Assembly (NCBI RefSeq): GCF_965641715.1
Contig: NZ_OZ282453.1
Direction: 5' to 3' (one strand)
From: Escherichia coli
GTDB taxonomy: Bacteria > Pseudomonadota > Gammaproteobacteria > Enterobacterales > Enterobacteriaceae
DNA length: 64,000 nucleotides
The position numbers and the translations under genes are program-made. The notes beneath the pieces were generated by a model. The model searched no databases. It was not told the DNA's origin and was given only the letters and a program-made list of their open reading frames with translations. Of this stretch, positions 22,701 to 35,304 are shown one piece after another. Each line of letters opens with the position of its first letter. Position 1 is the first letter of the stretch.

Positions 22701-24128
22701 ATGAACACCGCACTTGCACAACAAATCGCCAATGAAGGCGGCGTCGAAGCCTGGATGATTGCGCAACAACATAAAAGCCTGCTGCGTTTTCTGACCTGTG
22801 GTAGCGTCGATGACGGCAAAAGTACCCTGATTGGTCGCCTGCTGCACGATACCCGCCAAATCTACGAAGATCAGCTCTCATCGCTGCATAACGACAGTAA
22901 GCGTCACGGCACCCAGGGCGAAAAGCTGGATCTGGCACTGCTAGTGGACGGCCTGCAAGCTGAGCGCGAACAGGGCATCACCATTGACGTGGCTTACCGT
23001 TATTTCTCTACCGAGAAGCGTAAATTTATTATCGCCGACACCCCAGGGCACGAGCAGTACACCCGCAATATGGCGACTGGCGCATCGACATGCGAACTAG
23101 CGATCTTACTGATCGATGCCCGTAAAGGCGTACTCGATCAAACCCGTCGTCACAGTTTTATCTCCACACTGTTGGGGATCAAACATCTGGTCGTGGCGAT
23201 CAACAAAATGGATCTGGTGGATTACAGTGAAGAGACGTTCACCCGTATTCGTGAAGATTATCTGACCTTTGCCGGGCAGCTGCCGGGTAATCTGGATATC
23301 CGCTTTGTGCCGCTCTCCGCACTGGAAGGTGACAACGTGGCTTCGCAAAGTGAAAGTATGCCGTGGTACAGCGGTCCGACACTGCTCGAAGTGCTGGAAA
23401 CCGTGGAGATCCAGCGAGTGGTGGATGCCCAGCCAATGCGCTTCCCGGTGCAGTACGTTAACCGCCCAAATCTCGATTTTCGTGGCTACGCCGGAACGCT
23501 GGCATCCGGTCGCGTGGAAGTCGGGCAACGTGTAAAAGTGCTGCCCTCTGGTGTGGAATCAAACGTCGCGCGGATCGTGACTTTTGATGGTGATCGCGAA
23601 GAAGCCTTTGCCGGAGAAGCGATCACCCTGGTGCTGACGGATGAGATCGACATCAGCCGTGGCGATCTGCTGCTGGCGGCAGACGAAGCGTTACCAGCTG
23701 TGCAGAGCGCGTCGGTGGATGTGGTATGGATGGCGGAACAGCCGCTTTCCCCGGGCCAGAGTTATGACATCAAAATTGCCGGTAAGAAGACGCGTGCTCG
23801 TGTTGATGGCATTCGTTATCAGGTTGATATTAATAACCTTACCCAACGCGAAGTTGAAAACCTGCCGCTGAACGGCATCGGCCTGGTGGATCTCACTTTT
23901 GACGAGCCACTGGTGTTAGATCGTTATCAGCAAAACCCGGTTACCGGTGGGCTGATTTTTATCGATCGCCTGAGCAATGTGACCGTAGGTGCCGGTATGG
24001 TGCAGGAGCCAGTTAGCCAGGCAACTGCTGCGCCATCTGAATTTAGTGCATTCGAACTGGAATTGAATGCCCTGGTTCGCCGCCACTTTCCACACTGGGG
24101 CGCGCGCGATTTGCTGGGGGATAAATAA
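22701..24128 (+). CDS. cysN: Sulfate adenylyltransferase subunit 1, GTPase (475 aa)
   Basis: 475 aa; GTP-binding motifs GSVDDGKST and DTPGH; begins 1 bp after cysD stop. Confidence 0.97.
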
Positions 24129-24733
24129 TGGCGCTGCATGACGAAAACGTCGTCTGGCATAGCCATCCGGTCACTGTGCAACAACGCGAGCTACACCACG
24201 GTCATCGTGGTGTAGTGCTGTGGTTTACCGGCCTCTCCGGGTCCGGTAAATCAACGGTTGCCGGGGCGCTGGAGGAGGCGTTACATAAACTCGGCGTCAG
24301 TACGTATCTGCTGGATGGCGATAATGTTCGCCACGGATTATGCAGCGATCTCGGTTTTAGCGATGCCGATCGTAAAGAGAATATCCGTCGCGTCGGTGAA
24401 GTGGCGAATTTGATGGTTGAAGCCGGACTGGTGGTGCTGACCGCATTTATCTCGCCACACCGCGCCGAACGCCAGATGGTTCGCGAACGCGTAGGAGAAG
24501 GGCGCTTTATCGAAGTGTTTGTCGATACGCCGCTGGCGATTTGCGAAGCCCGCGATCCCAAAGGCTTATATAAGAAAGCGCGTGCCGGTGAACTGCGCAA
24601 CTTTACGGGAATAGATTCCGTTTACGAAGCGCCTGAATCGGCAGAAATTCATCTCAATGGTGAACAATTAGTAACAAATTTGGTACAGCAATTATTAGAT
24701 CTGTTGAGACAGAACGATATTATCAGATCCTGA
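24128..24733 (+). CDS. cysC: Adenylylsulfate (APS) kinase (201 aa)
   Basis: 201 aa; P-loop GLSGSGKST; start overlaps cysN stop. Confidence 0.97.
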
Positions 24734-24782
24734 GACACCACCGGGTTTCCATGCCCGGTTCGTCAAAGTAACAGGATCAAAT

Positions 24783-25106
24783 ATGCGTAATAGCCATAAC
24801 ATTACACTAACAAATAACGACAGCCTTACTGAGGATGAAGAAACCACATGGTCACTGCCTGGTGCCGTGGTCGGTTTTATCTCTTGGTTATTTGCGCTGG
24901 CGATGCCGATGTTGATTTATGGCTCTAACACGCTGTTCTTCTTTATCTACACCTGGCCTTTCTTTCTGGCACTGATGCCTGTCGCGGTAGTGGTGGGGAT
25001 TGCGCTGCATTCATTGATGGACGGAAAGCTACGCTACAGTATTGTTTTCACCCTGATGACAGTAGGCATTATGTTTGGCGCACTGTTTATGTGGCTACTG
25101 GGCTAA
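24783..25106 (+). CDS. ygbE: Small inner-membrane protein of unknown function (107 aa)
   Basis: 107 aa with three hydrophobic segments; conserved position after cysC. Confidence 0.8.
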   Translation: MRNSHNITLTNNDSLTEDEETTWSLPGAVVGFISWLFALAMPMLIYGSNTLFFFIYTWPFFLALMPVAVVVGIALHSLMDGKLRYSIVFTLMTVGIMFGALFMWLLG

Positions 25107-25299
25107 TTTGTACTTTCTTGTCTCCTCTGTTCATAATTCAAACCGTAACTAATAATGAGATTATGTTCTGCACGCCCTGGGTATACGTAACAATGGACAA
25201 ATGTGGTACATTTGCCCGCGTTGTCGCGGTATCCCCAACAGAGGATGTAGAGTCGTCTTCGGATGCATGGGATGATGATGCCGTTTTTCAGGGGGCAGG

Positions 25300-25611
25300 A
25301 TGGGTAAACTAACGCTGCTGTTGCTGGCTATTCTGGTCTGGCTACAGTATTCGCTGTGGTTCGGTAAGAACGGTATACATGACTATACCCGCGTCAATGA
25401 TGATGTGGCGGCACAGCAAGCTACAAACGCGAAACTTAAAGCGCGAAACGATCAACTTTTTGCCGAAATTGACGATCTCAATGGCGGCCAGGAGGCGCTC
25501 GAAGAGCGTGCGCGTAATGAACTCAGCATGACCAGGCCGGGCGAAACTTTTTATCGTCTGGTGCCTGACGCGTCGAAGCGCGCACAGTCTGCGGGGCAAA
25601 ACAATCGATAA
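25300..25611 (+). CDS. ftsB: Cell division protein FtsB (103 aa)
   Basis: 103 aa, N-terminus [22 protein letters not shown] followed by coiled-coil region. Confidence 0.93.
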
Positions 25612-25629
25612 ATCAGCCCAGGAATTAAC

Positions 25630-26340
25630 ATGGCAACCACTCATTTGGATGTTTGCGCCGTGGTTCCGGCGGCCGGATTTGGCCGTCGAATGCAAACGGA
25701 ATGTCCTAAGCAATATCTCTCAATCGGTAATCAAACCATTCTTGAACACTCGGTGCATGCGCTGCTGGCGCATCCCCGGGTGAAACGTGTCGTCATTGCC
25801 ATAAGTCCTGGCGATAGCCGTTTTGCACAACTTCCTCTGGCGAATCATCCGCAAATCACCGTTGTAGATGGCGGTGATGAGCGTGCCGATTCCGTGCTGG
25901 CAGGTCTGAAAGCCGCTGGCGACGCGCAGTGGGTATTGGTGCATGACGCCGCTCGTCCTTGTCTGCATCAGGATGACCTCGCGCGATTGTTGGCGTTGAG
26001 CGAAACCAGCCGCACGGGAGGGATCCTCGCCGCACCAGTGCGCGATACTATGAAACGTGCCGAACCGGGCAAAAATGCCATTGCTCATACCGTTGATCGC
26101 AACGGCTTATGGCACGCGCTGACGCCGCAATTTTTCCCTCGTGAGCTGTTACATGACTGTCTGACGCGCGCTCTAAATGAAGGCGCTACCATTACCGACG
26201 AAGCCTCGGCGCTGGAATATTGCGGATTCCATCCACAGTTGGTCGAAGGCCGCGCGGATAACATTAAAGTCACGCGCCCGGAAGATTTGGCACTGGCCGA
26301 TTTTTACCTCACCCGAACCATCCATCAGGAGAATACATAA
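25630..26340 (+). CDS. ispD: 2-C-methyl-D-erythritol 4-phosphate cytidylyltransferase (236 aa)
   Basis: 236 aa, N-terminus [21 protein letters not shown]. Confidence 0.95.
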
Positions 26341-26819
26341 TGCGAATTGGACACGGTTTTGACGTACACGCCTTTGGCGGTGAAGGCCCAATTATCATTG
26401 GTGGCGTACGCATTCCTTACGAAAAAGGATTGCTGGCGCATTCTGATGGCGACGTGGCGCTCCATGCGTTGACCGATGCATTGCTTGGCGCGGCGGCGCT
26501 GGGGGATATCGGCAAACTGTTCCCGGATACCGATCCGGCATTTAAAGGTGCCGATAGCCGCGAGCTGCTACGCGAAGCCTGGCGTCGTATTCAGGCGAAG
26601 GGTTATACCCTTGGCAACGTCGATGTCACTATCATCGCTCAGGCACCGAAGATGTTGCCGCACATTCCACAAATGCGCGTGTTTATTGCCGAAGATCTCG
26701 GCTGCCATATGGATGATGTTAACGTGAAAGCCACTACTACGGAAAAACTTGGATTTACCGGACGTGGGGAAGGGATAGCCTGTGAAGCGGTGGCGCTACT
26801 CATTAAGGCAACAAAATGA
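26340..26819 (+). CDS. ispF: 2-C-methyl-D-erythritol 2,4-cyclodiphosphate synthase (159 aa)
   Basis: 159 aa, N-terminus [14 protein letters not shown]; ATGA overlap with ispD. Confidence 0.95.
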
Positions 26820-27845
26820 TTGAGTTTGATAATCTCACTTACCTCCACGGTAAACCGCAAGGCACCGGGCTGCTGAAAGCCAATCCGGAAGACTTTGTGG
26901 TGGTGGAAGATTTGGGCTTTGAGCCTGATGGTGAAGGTGAGCATATTCTGGTTAGAATCCTCAAAAACGGCTGCAATACCCGTTTTGTGGCGGATGCACT
27001 GGCGAAATTCCTGAAAATTCATGCCCGTGAAGTCAGCTTCGCTGGGCAAAAAGACAAACATGCTGTAACGGAACAGTGGTTATGTGCTCGCGTGCCGGGC
27101 AAGGAAATGCCCGATCTGAGCGCCTTTCAACTGGAAGGCTGCCAGGTGCTGGAGTATGCGCGGCACAAGCGCAAGCTGCGTTTAGGGGCGCTGAAAGGTA
27201 ACGCCTTTACCCTGGTTCTGCGCGAAGTGAGCAATCGCGATGACGTTGAACAACGTCTGATCGATATTTGCGTAAAAGGTGTACCGAACTACTTCGGTGC
27301 CCAACGTTTTGGGATTGGCGGTAGCAACTTGCAGGGCGCGCTGCGCTGGGCGCAAACCAATACTCCGGTGCGCGATCGCAATAAACGGAGTTTTTGGTTG
27401 TCGGCAGCCCGCAGTGCGTTGTTTAATCAGATTGTTGCTGAGCGCCTCAAAAAAGCAGACGTTAATCAAGTTGTTGACGGCGATGCGCTACAATTAGCCG
27501 GACGTGGTAGCTGGTTTGTAGCAACCACCGAAGAACTGGCGGAATTACAGCGTCGCGTCAACGATAAAGAGCTGATGATAACCGCCGCATTGCCGGGCAG
27601 TGGCGAATGGGGAACTCAGCGTGAAGCGCTGGCATTCGAACAAGCAGCTGTCGCCGCAGAAACTGAATTACAAGCTTTACTGGTGCGCGAAAAAGTTGAA
27701 GCCGCGCGCAGAGCGATGCTGCTGTATCCGCAACAATTAAGCTGGAATTGGTGGGATGACGTCACCGTAGAGATCCGTTTCTGGCTTCCGGCGGGTAGTT
27801 TTGCAACCAGCGTTGTCAGGGAACTTATCAACACAACAGGTGATT

Positions 27846-27865
<20 letters not shown>
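26816..27865 (+). CDS. truD: tRNA pseudouridine(13) synthase (349 aa)
   Basis: 349 aa, N-terminus [16 protein letters not shown]; overlaps ispF stop. Confidence 0.93.
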
Positions 27866-29227
<1,362 letters not shown>

Positions 29228-29366
29228 AACGTGAGGAAATACCTGGATTTTTCCTGGTTATTTTGCCGCAGGTCAGCGTATCGTGAACATCTTTTCCAGT
29301 GTTCAGTATGGTGCCTTGCACGGTAATTATGTCACTGGTTATTAACCAATTTTTCCTGGGGGATAA

Positions 29367-30506
29367 ATGAGCGCGGGAAGCCCAAAATTCACCGTTCGCC
29401 GCATTGCGGCTTTGTCACTGGTTTCGCTATGGCTGGCAGGCTGTTCTGACACTTCAAATCCACCGGCACCGGTCAGCTCCGTTAATGGCAATGCGCCTGC
29501 AAATACCAATTCTGGTATGTTGATTACGCCGCCGCCGAAAATGGGGACGACGTCTACAGCGCAGCAACCGCAAATTCAGCCGGTACAGCAGCCACAAATT
29601 CAGGCTACTCAACAACCGCAAATCCAGCCAGTGCAGCCAGTAGCTCAGCAGCCGGTACAGATGGAAAACGGACGCATCGTCTATAACCGTCAGTATGGGA
29701 ACATTCCGAAAGGCAGTTATAGCGGCAGTACCTATACCGTGAAAAAAGGCGACACACTTTTCTATATCGCCTGGATTACTGGCAACGATTTCCGTGACCT
29801 TGCTCAGCGCAACAATATTCAGGCACCATACGCGCTGAACGTTGGTCAGACCTTACAGGTGGGGAATGCTTCCGGTACGCCAATCACTGGCGGAAATGCC
29901 ATTACCCAGGCCGACGCAGCAGAGCAAGGAGTTGTGATCAAGCCTGCACAAAATTCCACCGTTGCTGTTGCGTCGCAACCGACAATTACGTATTCTGAGT
30001 CTTCGGGTGAACAGAGTGCTAACAAAATGTTGCCGAACAACAAGCCAACTGCGACCACGGTCACAGCGCCTGTAACGGTACCAACAGCAAGCACAACCGA
30101 GCCGACTGTCAGCAGTACATCAACCAGTACGCCTATCTCCACCTGGCGCTGGCCGACTGAGGGCAAAGTGATCGAAACCTTTGGCGCTTCTGAGGGGGGC
30201 AACAAGGGGATTGATATCGCAGGCAGCAAAGGACAGGCAATTATCGCGACCGCAGATGGCCGCGTTGTTTATGCCGGTAACGCGCTGCGCGGCTACGGTA
30301 ATCTGATTATCATCAAACATAATGATGATTACCTGAGTGCCTACGCCCATAACGACACAATGCTGGTCCGGGAACAACAAGAAGTGAAGGCGGGGCAAAA
30401 AATAGCAACCATGGGTAGCACCGGAACCAGTTCAACACGCTTGCATTTTGAAATTCGTTACAAGGGGAAATCCGTAAACCCGCTGCGTTATTTGCCGCAG
30501 CGATAA
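29367..30506 (+). CDS. nlpD: Murein hydrolase activator lipoprotein NlpD (LysM + M23 peptidase domains, 379 aa)
   Basis: 379 aa; lipobox LAGCS; Q/P-rich repeats; C-terminal M23 motifs; rpoS promoter is known to lie within this gene (established knowledge, not mapped). Confidence 0.95.
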   Translation: MSAGSPKFTVRRIAALSLVSLWLAGCSDTSNPPAPVSSVNGNAPANTNSGMLITPPPKMGTTSTAQQPQIQPVQQPQIQATQQPQIQPVQPVAQQPVQMENGRIVYNRQYGNIPKGSYSGSTYTVKKGDTLFYIAWITGNDFRDLAQRNNIQAPYALNVGQTLQVGNASGTPITGGNAITQADAAEQGVVIKPAQNSTVAVASQPTITYSESSGEQSANKMLPNNKPTATTVTAPVTVPTASTTEPTVSSTSTSTPISTWRWPTEGKVIETFGASEGGNKGIDIAGSKGQAIIATADGRVVYAGNALRGYGNLIIIKHNDDYLSAYAHNDTMLVREQQEVKAGQKIATMGSTGTSSTRLHFEIRYKGKSVNPLRYLPQR

Positions 30507-30568
30507 ATCGGCGGAACCAGGCTTTTGCTTGAATGTTCCGTCAAGGGATCACGGGTAGGAGCCACCTT

Positions 30569-31561
30569 ATGAGTCAGAATACGCTGAAAGTTCATGATTT
30601 AAATGAAGATGCGGAATTTGATGAGAACGGAGTTGAGGTTTTTGACGAAAAGGCCTTAGTAGAAGAGGAACCCAGTGATAACGATTTGGCCGAAGAGGAA
30701 CTGTTATCGCAGGGAGCCACACAGCGTGTGTTGGACGCGACTCAGCTTTACCTTGGTGAGATTGGTTATTCACCACTGTTAACGGCCGAAGAAGAAGTTT
30801 ATTTTGCGCGTCGCGCACTGCGTGGAGATGTCGCCTCTCGCCGCCGGATGATCGAGAGTAACTTGCGTCTGGTGGTAAAAATTGCCCGCCGTTATGGCAA
30901 TCGTGGTCTGGCGTTGCTGGACCTTATCGAAGAGGGCAACCTGGGGCTGATCCGCGCGGTAGAGAAGTTTGACCCGGAACGTGGTTTCCGCTTCTCAACA
31001 TACGCAACCTGGTGGATTCGCCAGACGATTGAACGGGCGATTATGAACCAAACCCGTACTATTCGTTTGCCGATTCACATCGTAAAGGAGCTGAACGTTT
31101 ACCTGCGAACCGCACGTGAGTTGTCCCATAAGCTGGACCATGAACCAAGTGCGGAAGAGATCGCAGAGCAACTGGATAAGCCAGTTGATGACGTCAGCCG
31201 TATGCTTCGTCTTAACGAGCGCATTACCTCGGTAGACACCCCGCTGGGTGGTGATTCCGAAAAAGCGTTGCTGGACATCCTGGCCGATGAAAAAGAGAAC
31301 GGTCCGGAAGATACCACGCAAGATGACGATATGAAGCAGAGCATCGTCAAATGGCTGTTCGAGCTGAACGCCAAACAGCGTGAAGTACTGGCACGTCGAT
31401 TCGGTTTGCTGGGGTACGAAGCGGCAACACTGGAAGATGTAGGTCGTGAAATTGGCCTCACCCGTGAACGTGTTCGCCAGATTCAGGTTGAAGGCCTGCG
31501 CCGTTTGCGCGAAATCCTGCAAACGCAGGGGCTGAATATCGAAGCGCTGTTCCGCGAATAA
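30569..31561 (+). CDS. rpoS: RNA polymerase sigma factor RpoS (sigma-38), full length 330 aa
   Basis: ORF 30533..31561; ATG at 30569 gives [25 protein letters not shown]; no premature stop. Confidence 0.97.
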   Translation: MSQNTLKVHDLNEDAEFDENGVEVFDEKALVEEEPSDNDLAEEELLSQGATQRVLDATQLYLGEIGYSPLLTAEEEVYFARRALRGDVASRRRMIESNLRLVVKIARRYGNRGLALLDLIEEGNLGLIRAVEKFDPERGFRFSTYATWWIRQTIERAIMNQTRTIRLPIHIVKELNVYLRTARELSHKLDHEPSAEEIAEQLDKPVDDVSRMLRLNERITSVDTPLGGDSEKALLDILADEKENGPEDTTQDDDMKQSIVKWLFELNAKQREVLARRFGLLGYEAATLEDVGREIGLTRERVRQIQVEGLRRLREILQTQGLNIEALFRE

Positions 31562-31577
31562 GTAAGCATCTGTCAGA

Positions 31578-31609
31578 AAGGCCAGTCTCAAGCGAGGCTG
31601 GCCTTTTTC
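31578..31609 (+). terminator. rho-independent terminator downstream of rpoS
   Basis: aaaggccagtctcaagcgaggctggcctttttctttt: GC stem then T-run. Confidence 0.7.
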
Positions 31610-31680
31610 TTTTGTTTGGGAAGCTTGTGTTTTTGTCGCCTGGATAAGACACGTCAGCGTCCTACCCGGCAATTTGCATC

Positions 31681-32088
31681 CTATGTGTTCATCATCTTGC
31701 GCACCAGCTGCACAAACAGCTCCTGCTCTTCTGCACTCAAACGCCCCAAAAATTCCTCATCCACGCTGTCACCAATCGGTATCGCCGCAGCAAGTATCTT
31801 TTCTCCTTCGGCAGTCAGCCAGACAAAGCGACGCCGCTTGTCAGCGGCATCATGTTCACGTCTGACTAAGCCACGATTCTCCATTCTTGCCAACATTTCT
31901 GCCAACGTTGCTTTGGTGCTGACTGCTGCTTCTATCAGTGCCACCTGTTCGATACCAGGCTTATCAGCAATGGCGCGCATCACCGCATACTGTGGTTTGG
32001 TCAGGTCAGGTAACTCGTGCTGCCAGCGAGCCGTGTGCTGCTGAAAAAGCTGTCGTAACTGATGGAACGCTTTATTTCGTAACGCCAT
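31681..32088 (-). CDS. MarR/SlyA-family transcriptional regulator (135 aa)
   Basis: 135 aa with winged-helix region (KPQYAVMRAIADKPGIEQVALIEAAVSTKATLAEMLARMENRGLVRR); divergent from decarboxylase genes. Confidence 0.8.
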   Translation of the reverse strand: MALRNKAFHQLRQLFQQHTARWQHELPDLTKPQYAVMRAIADKPGIEQVALIEAAVSTKATLAEMLARMENRGLVRREHDAADKRRRFVWLTAEGEKILAAAIPIGDSVDEEFLGRLSAEEQELFVQLVRKMMNT

Positions 32089-32234
32089 GTAAACTCCGGG
32101 CTAATTCTCTGTCGCTATCATAGCGGTTTTTTAGTGACGAAGAAGATGTTGTTACTTTTCAATCCTTGTCGCTGTGGAAATGAAGGAGTATGTTAATAAT
32201 AATGTTCGTATACGAACAATTAAGAGAATAAGCA

Positions 32235-32828
32235 ATGAAACTGATCGTCGGGATGACAGGGGCTACCGGTGCGCCTCTTGGTGTGGCATTACTGCAAGCG
32301 CTGCGGGAGATGCCGAATGTCGAGACTCATCTGGTGATGTCGAAGTGGGCGAAAACCACCATTGAACTGGAAACGCCTTACAGCGCCCGCGATGTTGCTG
32401 CCCTCGCTGACTTCAGCCATAACCCGGCGGATCAGGCGGCGACCATCTCCTCAGGTTCCTTTCGTACCGACGGCATGATCGTTATTCCGTGCAGTATGAA
32501 AACGCTCGCCGGTATCCGCGCTGGTTACGCTGATGGCCTGGTAGGGCGCGCGGCGGACGTCGTGCTCAAAGAAGGCCGCAAACTGGTGCTGGTGCCGCGT
32601 GAAATGCCGCTTAGCACCATCCATCTCGAAAATATGCTCGCACTTTCACGCATGGGCGTGGCGATGGTGCCGCCGATGCCTGCCTTTTATAACCATCCCG
32701 AAACGGTAGATGACATTGTCCACCATGTGGTAGCCCGCGTGCTGGATCAATTTGGCCTCGAACATCCCCACGCCAGGCGCTGGCAAGGATTGCCGCAGGC
32801 CCGGAATTTTTCTCAGGAGAATGAATAA
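32235..32828 (+). CDS. UbiX/Pad1-family flavin prenyltransferase (prenyl-FMN synthase; BsdB/EcdB-like, 197 aa)
   Basis: 197 aa, N-terminus MKLIVGMTGATGAPLGVALLQAL, typical of UbiX flavoprotein family. Confidence 0.85.
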   Translation: MKLIVGMTGATGAPLGVALLQALREMPNVETHLVMSKWAKTTIELETPYSARDVAALADFSHNPADQAATISSGSFRTDGMIVIPCSMKTLAGIRAGYADGLVGRAADVVLKEGRKLVLVPREMPLSTIHLENMLALSRMGVAMVPPMPAFYNHPETVDDIVHHVVARVLDQFGLEHPHARRWQGLPQARNFSQENE

Positions 32829-34255
32829 TGGCATTTGATGATTTACGCAGCTTTTTACAGGCGCTTGATGACCACGGCCAGTTACTGAAAATCAGCGAAG
32901 AGGTGAACGCGGAACCGGATCTGGCTGCCGCTGCCAACGCCACCGGGCGTATCGGCGATGGTGCACCGGCGCTGTGGTTTGATAATATTCGCGGTTTTAC
33001 CGATGCCCGCGTGGCGATGAATACCATCGGTTCCTGGCAGAACCACGCGATTTCCTTGGGCCTGCCGCCAAACACCCCGGTTAAAAAACAGATTGATGAG
33101 TTTATCCGCCGCTGGGATAACTTCCCGATCGCCCCGGAGCGCCGCGCCAATCCAGCCTGGGCGCAGAACACCGTCGATGGTGACGAGATTAATCTGTTCG
33201 ATATCCTGCCGCTGTTTCGTTTAAACGACGGTGATGGCGGTTTCTATCTCGACAAAGCGTGCGTGGTTTCCCGCGATCCGCTCGACCCGGATAACTTCGG
33301 CAAGCAGAACGTCGGCATCTACCGCATGGAAGTGAAGGGCAAGCGTAAGCTCGGCCTGCAACCGGTGCCGATGCACGATATCGCCCTGCATCTGCATAAA
33401 GCAGAAGAGCGCGGTGAAGATCTGCCGATTGCCATCACCCTGGGTAACGATCCGATCATCACGCTGATGGGCGCAACGCCACTGAAATACGATCAATCTG
33501 AGTACGAAATGGCAGGCGCGCTGCGTGAAAGCTCGTACCCGATCGCCACCGCCCCGCTGACCGGTTTTGATGTGCCGTGGGGTTCAGAAGTGATCCTCGA
33601 AGGGGTCATCGAAAGCCGTAAACGCGAAATCGAGGGGCCGTTCGGTGAGTTTACCGGACACTACTCCGGCGGGCGTAACATGACCGTGGTGCGCATCGAT
33701 AAAGTCTCTTACCGCACCAGGCCGATTTTCGAATCGCTGTACCTCGGCATGCCGTGGACCGAAATCGACTACCTGATGGGGCCAGCCACCTGTGTGCCGC
33801 TGTATCAGCAACTTAAAGCCGAGTTCCCGGAAGTACAGGCGGTGAACGCCATGTACACCCACGGCCTGCTGGCGATTATCTCCACCAAAAAACGCTACGG
33901 CGGCTTTGCCCGCGCGGTGGGCCTGCGTGCGATGACCACGCCGCACGGTCTGGGCTACGTAAAGATGGTGATTATGGTCGATGAAGACGTTGACCCGTTC
34001 AACCTGCCGCAGGTGATGTGGGCGCTCTCCTCGAAAGTAAATCCGGCAGGGGATTTGGTGCAGTTGCCGAATATGTCCGTGCTGGAACTCGACCCTGGCT
34101 CAAGCCCGGCGGGGATCACCGACAAGCTGATTATCGACGCCACCACGCCTGTCGCCCCGGACAACCGTGGTCACTACAGCCAGCCGGTGGTGGATTTGCC
34201 GGAAACCAAAGCCTGGGCTGAAAAACTGACCGCTATGCTGGCCACACGTAAATAA
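32828..34255 (+). CDS. UbiD-family (prFMN-dependent) aromatic acid decarboxylase (BsdC/EcdC-like, 475 aa)
   Basis: 475 aa, UbiD-like length and composition; ATGA overlap with upstream UbiX-like gene. Confidence 0.85.
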   Translation: MAFDDLRSFLQALDDHGQLLKISEEVNAEPDLAAAANATGRIGDGAPALWFDNIRGFTDARVAMNTIGSWQNHAISLGLPPNTPVKKQIDEFIRRWDNFPIAPERRANPAWAQNTVDGDEINLFDILPLFRLNDGDGGFYLDKACVVSRDPLDPDNFGKQNVGIYRMEVKGKRKLGLQPVPMHDIALHLHKAEERGEDLPIAITLGNDPIITLMGATPLKYDQSEYEMAGALRESSYPIATAPLTGFDVPWGSEVILEGVIESRKREIEGPFGEFTGHYSGGRNMTVVRIDKVSYRTRPIFESLYLGMPWTEIDYLMGPATCVPLYQQLKAEFPEVQAVNAMYTHGLLAIISTKKRYGGFARAVGLRAMTTPHGLGYVKMVIMVDEDVDPFNLPQVMWALSSKVNPAGDLVQLPNMSVLELDPGSSPAGITDKLIIDATTPVAPDNRGHYSQPVVDLPETKAWAEKLTAMLATRK

Positions 34256-34265
34256 GGAGAACAAG

Positions 34266-34502
34266 ATGATTTGTCCACGTTGTGCCGATGAACAGATTGA
34301 AGTGATGGCGAAATCGCCGGTGAAAGATGTCTGGACGGTATATCAGTGCCAGCATTGCCTTTATACCTGGCGCGATACCGAACCGCTGCGCCGTACCAGC
34401 CGCGAACATTATCCCGAAGCGTTCCGCATGACGCAGAAAGATATTGATGACGCGCCAATGGTGCCGAGCATTCCGCCGCTGCTGGCGGAAGGTAAGCGCT
34501 AA
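34266..34502 (+). CDS. Small zinc-ribbon subunit of phenolic acid decarboxylase (BsdD/EcdD-like, 78 aa)
   Basis: 78 aa with CPRC...CQHC motif; immediately downstream of UbiD-like gene. Confidence 0.7.
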   Translation: MICPRCADEQIEVMAKSPVKDVWTVYQCQHCLYTWRDTEPLRRTSREHYPEAFRMTQKDIDDAPMVPSIPPLLAEGKR

Positions 34503-34542
34503 TAAAAAGTGCCGGGTAGTGGCTTTGCTTTACCCGGCCTCA

Positions 34543-35199
34543 TTACTTTATTTTATAAAATGACAGCCGCCCGCTTTTCGGCGATCCGGTATCAATATAA
34601 ATCTGGTTAGCGAACGTCTGAATGTTATCAAACATCATATGTCCAAATATAAAATAATCAGCGCCGTTTATTTGTTGTAACTCGCCATTAAGCGATTTCT
34701 GCACACGATCAACAGGCCAGAGTAATTCGCTCTCCGCTATTTCTTTACCAAAGAGATATTCACTCCCCGGATAATCTGCATGTACGATGACATATTTTAT
34801 GTTGTCGTTAGTGATTTCAATAATATGTGGAAGGTGATGGAATTTCAGCAACAGATCTGTAGCTTCTTTTTGCTCTGAATCATTTAAATCGAAAAACCAG
34901 TCACCACCGCTGGCAAGCCACATATTGCCATCGCCGGTCGCGAACGCATCCAGCGCCATTGCTTCGTGGTTGCCTTTAACGGAGATAAACCAGGGCTGGT
35001 TTAGCAGGCGCAGGACGTTAAGACTCTCCGGCCCACGATCAATATTATCGCCGACAGAAATAAGTAAGTCGGTTTCGGGGAAAAAAGAGAGTTGATGTAA
35101 GCGGGATTGTAATAACTGATATTCACCATGAATATCACCAACGACCCATATATGGCGATAGTGATGGGCATTGATTTTTTGATAGCGTGTAGATGGCAT
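34543..35199 (-). CDS. pphB: Serine/threonine protein phosphatase 2 (218 aa)
   Basis: 218 aa; metallophosphatase motifs GDIHG, GDNIDRG, GNHE. Confidence 0.9.
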   Translation of the reverse strand: MPSTRYQKINAHHYRHIWVVGDIHGEYQLLQSRLHQLSFFPETDLLISVGDNIDRGPESLNVLRLLNQPWFISVKGNHEAMALDAFATGDGNMWLASGGDWFFDLNDSEQKEATDLLLKFHHLPHIIEITNDNIKYVIVHADYPGSEYLFGKEIAESELLWPVDRVQKSLNGELQQINGADYFIFGHMMFDNIQTFANQIYIDTGSPKSGRLSFYKIK

Positions 35200-35304
35200 G
35201 GTTTTACCCTGTAAAATAAGCTTTCCTATTATACAGGGTATTTTTATTTGATTCGTCAGCTGTAGATAATATTCCCGATAGTATTTTTCTACCGGGAATT
35301 ATAA

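Noticed and set aside
25091-25312. 73-aa ORF spanning the ygbE-ftsB intergenic region
   Set aside because: Overlaps the ygbE stop and ftsB start, no RBS, and the region is better explained as the ftsB promoter/5' UTR.
29228-29366. Hairpin-like AGGAAA...TTTCCT element between pcm and nlpD as a terminator
   Set aside because: Short stem, weak T-run, and pcm/nlpD are known to be co-transcribed in part; insufficient support.
35210-35243. Inverted repeat ACCCTGTA...TACAGGGT between pphB and mutS as a mutS terminator
   Set aside because: The T-run follows it on the + strand only, but mutS is transcribed on the minus strand and nothing reads into it on the + strand; function unclear, so not annotated.
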